Positions 55,196 through 64,000 of a stretch of 64,000 nt of DNA are shown piece after piece. Source of the stretch: the human T2T-CHM13v2.0 reference genome, Homo sapiens; the NCBI RefSeq assembly GCF_009914755.1, contig NC_060929.1; one strand, written 5' to 3'. The notes below the pieces were generated by a model. The model saw only the letters and a program-made list of their open reading frames with translations. It searched no databases and was not told the DNA's origin. The position numbers and the translations under genes are program-made. The stretch's first letter is position 1, and each line of letters opens with the position of its first letter.

Positions 55196-56037
55196 TTTGA
55201 ATTTATTTTCTTTTGAGTAATAGGTACAGTTCTACTGTTCTACATGAAGAATGAGTTTACATTCTTCACATAAATTTCTAAGTGTCAACTTATAAAAGCT
55301 CTATTACCATATTTCTAATTTTTTTCTGTTCATTAATGTCATTTTAGACTTCTGTTTGATGGTTTCTGTTCCTCAACTCATTGTTCTCAGAATAGCCTTT
55401 GAAAGTCACATTAAACACAGATGAGATGTGCAAAATAACTTCAAATTTTTAGAGAAGAAACCACATAAAGGTGGCGTTGGGTTATCTGGGACAGGGATAC
55501 GGAGGGAAGCAAAACTAAGTATATGTGCCTTCTAGTGGGCATTCCAGCAAAGAAGCCAGATTGATTTTCTATTTGATTTCTTCTGAGTGGTTTCACTCCT
55601 TGCTGGAGTCAATGTCATATGATCTTGATCATTTGCCAATATAAGTAAGAAATCTAAGTGTAATTATTGGACAGGAAGGGAAGCAAGAACTCTTCAGCTT
55701 TAAAATCCAATGGCATATAATAATAATTAACCCTGTTTTGTGGAATAAAATATCAGCAGGAATATTTAACATGAAGCATACTGTTTCCCAATACCTTCGT
55801 TGCATTGTCAAAAAGTTTTAGCCCCAGGATTCTGTTTTTTATTTACTGTTTCTGTCCACCTCTCTGCTAAGGAACTTGTTGGTCTGCTGATTCTATTAAG
55901 ATTAGCATTGCAGTAGCCCAACCTTGAAAACAGCTATGCTGGAAGGATCAATGACTCTAGCCATCAAAGTGGACAAGGGAAGGGAACCTCACTTGCAGTT
56001 CCTCGGTCTACCTGCCCACCTCAGCTTCAGGGCCTTT

Positions 56038-56627
56038 TGATATGGTGGGCTAGAGGAGGTCCAAATGCTGGTGGGATCTCAACCTCACCTGGTGTCCAGG
56101 TGCTTGACACCATCCCAAGAAGGAATTCATGAGTCAGAAAATTGTAGAAGTATGGAGATTTATTGCAAAGGGAAAAGTACACCCTCAAGGGGCAAGGGGA
56201 GCGTGGGCATACTCAGGAGAGTTGTGCGTGTGAGGGGGTTTGGGGCTGCTACCTTTATGGGCTTCATTCACCAAGGTGGGGAATATTCATGAAAATTCCT
56301 GGAAGGTGGTGGAGATTTCTTGGAACTGTGGTGTCACCGTTTTTATACCAAATGTGGGTGTTCCTGAAACTATCATGGCACTCGTGGGGGAGTTGATTAA
56401 GTATGCTAATGAGTGCATAATGAGGTTCTAAGAGGAACCTAGGTCAGATCCAGCATCATTTTGGGTCCAGTTGGTCTTAGCCAGCTTGGTCCACGCCCCA
56501 GTATTTCAGGGTCTTATCAGTCCCTAGCTTCTGCAGGTAATTTCAACAGTTTCTTTTTACTAGTCATGTGAAACTCCTGCCTGGAATTTTCTGTTCTCCT
56601 GAACCACTCTGTATTATTCCTGTCTCG
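56038..56627 (-). mobile_element. ERV1-class solo LTR (LTR29-like, subfamily uncertain)
   Basis: 4-bp TSD CTTT; reverse complement starts (T/C)GAGACAGGAATAATACAG; AATAAA on the minus strand at about 56159. Confidence 0.7.
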
Positions 56628-56631
56628 CTTT

Positions 56632-56954
56632 GACTTGGTGTTCCCTGCCCCAAAAGGCTCTTTGCCTGGTCTCTGCACAGTTGCTACCTAAAAAGTCTTT
56701 TCCTGACACCTCCCACCCCTCGAGTAAAATCACACATTCTTCTGGCTTCCTATTCTTTCATTTTAACTTTTTAAATACTTCTCACCCTTCATGTGTTACC
56801 TGTTTGTTCATGATGTATTTGTTTGTGAACTGTCTTCTCCCTAGAGCAGTACCCTATCAGGACTTAGGCTCTGGGGATTTCACTGCTCATTCTCCAGCCT
56901 GGCACATAAGAGGTGGTCAGTAAAACTGTCGAATGAATGAGTGAATGAGTGAAT
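56632..56954 (+). mobile_element. L2 3' end
   Basis: ttcactgct...cagcctggcacata...gaatgaatgagtgaatgagtgaat tail. Confidence 0.7.
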
Positions 56955-57148
56955 CACAGTTAACCTCAGTTATAAAGATGTAATCATCAGTCTTCCCAAA
57001 ATTCTTACAATACTGGACACTTTAAAGGAAATGAGGCTTTTTTAAAAAAAGAAAAAGCATTTCCTGGCAGGAATTTATGTATTTGTATGCAATATGTGGG
57101 TAGTTACAGTACAGTGCAAGAAAAACAACCATATTTCCTGTCCTCTAG

Positions 57149-57315
57149 GAATTTGAAATCTGTAAAGAACTCTAACATTGGAAATGCCTGATAACATACA
57201 TCTGCAGTTATTTGTGGCAAAAGACAAGGCAAATAGGCAAATATTCGGTATTATAAAAAATGCACAGATTTCAAAGGACAAGTATAGGTGGATTTACATG
57301 CCTACATCTTTTGAG
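57149..57315 (+). other. Candidate cassette exon with 44-codon ORF (57184-57315) open to a phase-0 donor
   Basis: Acceptor tttcctgtcctctag|G, donor GAG|GTGAGT; inference only. Confidence 0.3.
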
Positions 57316-57505
57316 GTGAGTGGAAATTTGTACATGATAATCTAGGTGAGGCTGAGGCTCCCTGGCTGTGACAGTTCCCTTTGGGCTATTCCCCTGTACC
57401 TCCTGGGTCAGCTGATCTGCCTCCATCCAGAAAAGATGCTGAGGAAAGTCAGGAGTGGTCAGTAGCTTTTGTCATGTGGGTAGCTAATTACAAGTTTTGG
57501 GTTAA

Positions 57506-57805
57506 TTTTTTTTTTTTTTAATTGAGACAGAGTCTCGCTTTTGTTGCCCAGGCTGGAGTGCAGTGGTGCAATCTCGGCTCACTGAAACCTCCACCTCCTG
57601 GGTTCAAGTGATTCTCCTGCCACGGCCTCCCAAGTAGCTGAGCCTACAGGTGCGTGCCACCATGCCTGGTTAATTTTTGTATTTTTAGTAGAGACAGGGT
57701 TTCGCCATGTTGGTCAGGTTGGTCTTGAACTTATGACCTCAAGCGATTCACCCACCTCAGCCTCCCAAAGTGTTGGGATTACAGGTGTGAGCCACTGCGC
57801 CCGGT
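57506..57805 (-). mobile_element. AluS
   Basis: Perfect TSD caagttttgggttaattt. Confidence 0.92.
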
Positions 57806-59729
57806 CAAGTTTTGGGTTAATTTCTCAAAATGTCTTCTCTCGCACGTTTCTTATCTTTTCACTCTTTTCTCCTGCTTTCTAGGTCTTTCTTCTTTGAGAG
57901 GAAAGGGAGAGACCCTGGTTAGGCCAGAAATCCATGGAGAAGAGTTTTCTTCCTCTTCTGCCTTCCACTGTGGTTGGTAGATTTTCAAGATTTTAGTGGA
58001 GATTGATGGAGGATCCTGCAGGCTGCAGCCTCATCCCCCTCACAATGTATTTTTTGTAATAGGTGAAATGCTGCTTCTTTATTATGGTCAGGAGAAATGT
58101 TCTCTCACTGCTGGTGGCCAGTATATAAATCTTAACTTGTATGTTTATATATTCAGCATTATGTATGTGTATGTGCGCATGTGTGTGTGTTTGTGTGTAA
58201 TGGATTTTAGTTGTGCATTTAGTAGGATAAAACACATGCATTTCTTTCATTTATGACTTATACTGTGACTAATTGTGGTTCATTTTAAGACTATTTATTT
58301 TAAAGAGTTACCGCAAAAAAGTCTTTGAATTGTTGGCATGCTAAAGTTAATGATAATAAGAATCAAGATTTTGAAAAGCACACTTCTTAATTTCTTCTTT
58401 CCTCATTTAACCAGAGCTGAACAGCTTACAAGTAGAAATCATGGGTTTTGGTATATAGAAATATAGGCTTAAAAATATGGATGCAATTTTAATACAATGC
58501 AGTTTTATGAGGCGGAATATCTTAGTTGTTTGACCCTAACCGACTTCATTAGGATGTTGTAATTCCCCTCCTTTAACTTGCCCATTTTGGGCGGGGGGGA
58601 ATCCTTGTGGAATGCAGTGATTCAAGAGCTTAAGGACAGCAAGAGAGCAGGGGTAGGGATGGTTACAAGGTAAGACGTGTAGTCCCTGAGCAAGGCCTCC
58701 TTAAGGATGTGAATTCTGATTACTGCAACTGAAGAAGACAGATGTGGGAAGAGAGTGCAAATCCCAGTCACCCCACCCATGCCCGTCTTTTGCTGGCTGA
58801 GGGGTGGCTCTGTGTCTTTTGCTCCACATCCCCTGTGAATGTGAGGGCAAAGAACTCTGCTGAAGTTGTTGGTCTTTTGTCAGAAGAAGGCTTTAAGTAC
58901 TGGCATTCTTTCCTCATGAGCACAGATCCGGCTCCTGTTTCTCAGGGAGGGCAGTGAACTTGCTCTACATTCCTCATGGGTAATGAAGTTGTTCCCAAGC
59001 CTGTCACCACCACATCCTTCCAACCCTGCTCTTAAGCTTCTTTTTCAGAGGGAAGCAGAATGTTTACTCAGTAGGACATCCTAAAGGACAGAGGCAAGGC
59101 AAGGAGAGGATGGAGAAAAGCTCATTCTCTTTTGACCACAATCACTGTCACTGGCTGCAGGGTGTGGAAAATGGGAAGGCACAGTATATCATCATTTCCT
59201 CAGGACGGAATGCTGGCCAGTGCCCGATGGGAACAACAGCTAGCAAATTAGTGAATTGTGGCTGCCCATTATTTAAGAGAGAACACGTGGTAACCACCTT
59301 CAGTAAATAAATGCAGATGAATTTGGTGATTTACAACTCTTGTGTTTTCTTGTGGTAACACAGTTGTCCAACTGATCAGGCATGAATGTTAATTTACACA
59401 CCATAAGGTACGTGGTTAGTGGTTCTCAACATTTTTAAACATGAGAAACCTGTTCTAACATACACAGAGTTCACAGATCTTTAAGAACTTTTAGCTGTTC
59501 TGTTATCTGTTGGTTGAGAAGACACATAATGGTGAGATCAAAATGTATTAAGTGGATTTGAATTACAATTATCATGGAACTTACTATATTTGAAAACTGT
59601 GTGTATGTAGCATATTACACACAATGGTGCTCAGGGATTCAGGATCTTTTCTCGTCCCCACCAAACTGAGGACCCTCCTCTGCCCTCCCCCGTTCTCAGT
59701 TCAGGGCCAAAGCCCCCAGGTTGGGATCT

Positions 59730-59960
59730 ACTGGGAGAATCAAAAGATTGTGAATTTTGGGTCAGGCAGAGAGGGGATCAAATTTCAACTCTACCACATC
59801 CTGTATGATCTTGGGTAAGTTACTAAACCTTGCTGTGCCCCAGCTTCCTCGTCTTTAAAATGGAGATCAGTTCCTATGAAGACTTAACCTCCTAGGGGTT
59901 TTGGAGGAATTGAAGTTTTGTTGTACCATGAATAGTGCCTGCGCAGGAAAGGTGGCACTT
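59730..59960 (+). mobile_element. MIR
   Basis: tgtatgatcttgggtaagttactaaacct...cagcttcctcgtctttaaaatgg. Confidence 0.7.
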
Positions 59961-60087
59961 AAAATTTTTTCCCCACTTCTTGCCTACTCTCCCCACCTCC
60001 AGGACAGATTCAAGACCAGTAATGCACAAGATGAAAATCAATAAGTTAATTCTTTCTGCCTCTGAGCATTCATTTAGCCGGTACTGT

Positions 60088-60620
60088 ATGTTCTAGTTAG
60101 TAGAGCTATTTGACAAATGACTACTACTTTTAGTGGCGTAAAACAAATCTTTATTACACTCACCAATTCTCTGGACAGGGTACAACAGGGACAGCTCGTC
60201 TCTGATCCGTGTTGTGGAACTTCAGCTGGGCAGACTGAAAGGATGGGGGCTAATTACCTGGTGGCTCATTCCCTCAGCATCTGACGGATAATGCTGGCTG
60301 TCACCTAAGACCTTAACTGAGGCTTTTGGCCAGAACGCTGGTGCCCCATTGGCCCTGGCTTTCTCACAGCATGGTGGCTGGGTTCCAAAAGGAAACATCC
60401 TGAGAGAGCTAAACGGAAACCTCATCCATCCCCTGTCATGGTCTAGCCTTGGAAATCATACAGCATCGCTTCTGCCACCTTCCATCCATTGAGATTGTCA
60501 CAACATCCCGCTCATATTCAAAGGGAGGAGAAATAGATTATGCCTCTTGATGCAAGGTGGTTCTGGAGAGTATATGGGAACAGAAATCTTACCGCACCCT
60601 TTGTGGAAAATCTCTGCCAC
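60088..60620 (-). mobile_element. Old MLT1 (F/G/H-like) LTR
   Basis: ttagtggcgtaaaacaa...ttctcacagcatggtggctgggttccaa...tagccttggaaatcatacagcatcgcttctgcc. Confidence 0.65.
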
Positions 60621-61469
60621 GGTATGTGAGCAGTTTGTAAATTTATAGAAAGGGACTCCTTGAATGTCCTTGCACTGCTCTTCCCTGAGTTACCGTGGTT
60701 GCACGCTGGACTAAAAGCTAAGACCTTAACACAAAGACCTGAAATATAGTATCTGAACTCTGTCCCAGGGCACGTGTCACCTTCTAGCTTTGAACTGGAG
60801 CCTGGGTTTTCATCTAAAAGCTGGCTTTTAGATGTCTGGTCAATGGCATGTCAGTAACTGAACTCTGCGCTATATGCTAGGTGGTAATATCAAGGTGTAA
60901 GACGCACCAGCGAAGCCAAGGGCTGACTTTCTTTCCAATTCAAAGATATTTTTTGTGGTAACTCTTTAAAATAAAGTCTTAAAATCAGCCCTAACCTGAT
61001 TTTATTTCTGGACAAGAGCCATATTACCTGTACCCCACTTTGTCTCCATTACTAAAAGTTCACCAATTACATTGTCTTCCTAAGATTTAAAAAAAAATTT
61101 AAATAATTATAGAAAAAGTTGTAGTGTTTGGAAAGCTACCTTAGAAGGAGAAGAATTGGCCTCTAGTTAGGAATGAGAATTCTTCCTTATGATATTATGA
61201 CAGTTACTTTCCCCAGTAAATATTTATTTCTTCTCAGAGCTTATTTGCAAGTGAGATATACTTAAAGCTAAACAAACGATTAGCTCACAAAGTGTTAAAC
61301 CAAAAAGAAGTTTCGCAGAAAAAGAATGGACACATAATTTTAAAAATGTATATGTATCATATAGTTTGATTATGTGTAAACCAAAAATTTAAGGGAGGAT
61401 GATGGGTTGTTTATCATTTATATGGAGTCAAGTTAGTCTATAAAATGTTCAATCGCTTCCAGACTCTGA

Positions 61470-61802
<333 letters not shown>

Positions 61803-61941
61803 AGATTTTTTTTTCTACTTGACTAATAAAAGTAATAGCGCTTTCATGAGGTCTCACTGGGCTGTTTGGAGTATGTGAGGGATAACAGAGGTGAAAAGTT
61901 TTTGGAAATCTGCATGTGCTATTCACATGTAAAGTTCTGGC

Positions 61942-62072
61942 TTTTATTTTTTACTTTTTTTACTTATTAGAGCTAGTTCTCACTATGTTGCCCAGGCTGG
62001 CCACAAACTCCTGGGCTCAAGTAATCCTCCGCGCTCAGCCTCCGGAGTAGCTGGAATTACAGGAGTGCACTG
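61942..62072 (-). mobile_element. FLAM/Alu monomer
   Basis: cactatgttgcccaggctgg...gagtagctggaattacagg. Confidence 0.75.
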
Positions 62073-62346
62073 TAATTTTTGTTGTTGTTGCTATTATTAG
62101 TCAGAGGTGGGACTCCATGACAGCCCACAGAGAGGGGAGGAACAAAGACCTGCCTTCCCACATGGGTTCTCTTCCCCTATTTCTTATATTTCCCCTTCTT
62201 CCTTCTCCTCTCTTAAGTCTCTTTCTTCCCATTGCCTTTTTTTCCTTCCCTGTCTTCTGTAAGGTCTTCGGCCTCCCGTTGTTGTCCATAGATATTGCTT
62301 CTGGTATCTGGACTCTGAATGCCTTGTGATCAAAACTATGTTGTTT

Positions 62347-62380
62347 ATATAGATATGTGTGTGTATGTATGTAGATGTAG

Positions 62381-62423
<43 letters not shown>

Positions 62424-62514
62424 TGTGTATGTATGTATATTGTATACATACATATAAAATATGTACATATATTTATGTACATAAATATGTAGATATGTAA
62501 AATATGTACATATG
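62347..62514. repeat. (TA)n and AT-rich microsatellite
   Basis: Direct reading. Confidence 0.9.
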
Positions 62515-62814
62515 TTAAAAATAATACAAGGATCTCACATCATGCCTAGTCCAGAGCTCAAGAGGGATGTAGCAACTAAATGTATTATGACCATCTAGAT
62601 TGCAGGGAAAATCATTAGCCAGGCTCAAAAAAGTAAACCTCTGCTGCTTTCTAGATTGAGCAATACACAAGATATTGTTCATGTGGCAAATCAATGCCAG
62701 CAATTCCGTGTCTGCCTTTATGGCTTGGACTTAGGGCTTTTATTTTAAATGATTTCTTATTTTCTCTGCCAACTGGTCTCTAAATATAAGTTCGTGTTTT
62801 TCTTGAACGGACAC

Positions 62815-63189
<375 letters not shown>

Positions 63190-63224
63190 TAGTCTATATG
63201 TAGATCTTTTCAGATAGACCCTTT

Positions 63225-63580
63225 GTTATGAGCTGAGTTGTGGCCCCGCCCCACCCCCAAAGTGATATGTTGAAATCCAAACCCCCAGTTCCTCAGACTG
63301 TCACTGTATTTGGACATAAAGTTAACATGAGGCCTTTAGGGTGGGCCCTAATCTAGTATGACTAGTATCCTTATACAAGGAGAAAATTTGGACTCATGAA
63401 GAGACACACACAAGGGATGTACATGCACAGAGAAAAGTCCATGTGGTGACACAGTGAGCAGCTGTCTGCAAGCCAAGGCAAGAGGTCCCAGGAGACATCA
63501 GCCTGCTGGGTGACACTTTGATCTTGGATTTCCAGCCTCCAGTCTGTGGGATTTTGTAATGGCAGCTCTAGAAGACTAAC
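63225..63580 (+). mobile_element. MLT1A1/B-like MaLR solo LTR
   Basis: tgttatgagctgagttgt...gggtgggccctaatctagtatgact...gatcttggatttccagcctccag. Confidence 0.75.
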
Positions 63581-63596
63581 ATCCCCTCCGGTTTTA

Positions 63597-64000
<404 letters not shown>

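Noticed and set aside
57850-57980. Strong-looking acceptor at about 57882
   Set aside because: No convincing paired donor or reading frame
58659-58675. ATG GTT ACA AG|GTAAGA as another N-terminal exon
   Set aside because: Strong donor but phase 2, so out of frame with the next RAI14 exon

Overview
Primate (almost certainly human) genomic DNA, intronic and repeat-rich, with no prokaryotic or CRISPR content. It covers the 5' part of RAI14 (ankycorbin) on the + strand. The only firm coding sequence is the first coding exon (27972-28055, ATG at 28020, MKSLKAKFRKSD). Two nearby alternative N-terminal exons (MEAK at 28811-28822; MQPTYLPWLSAKEKK at 29298-29342) match isoforms I recall for RAI14. 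The first non-coding exon and the ankyrin-repeat exons lie outside the window. The rest is about 45 Alu copies or fragments, L1/L2/MIR remnants, MaLR and ERV solo LTRs (including an LTR7B/HERV-H LTR nested in MLT1A0), DNA transposon fossils, a BC200 retrocopy and simple repeats. The most interesting items are the set of phase-0 alternative N-termini that swap out the amphipathic helix, a candidate fourth N-terminal exon (57149-57315) that I do not recognise as annotated, a perfect non-Alu DR2 element, and an old local duplication dated by an Alu insertion. Repeat subfamily calls and boundaries were made by eye from remembered consensus sequences and are approximate. The supplied ORFs appear spurious (many are Alu-, LTR- or microsatellite-derived).
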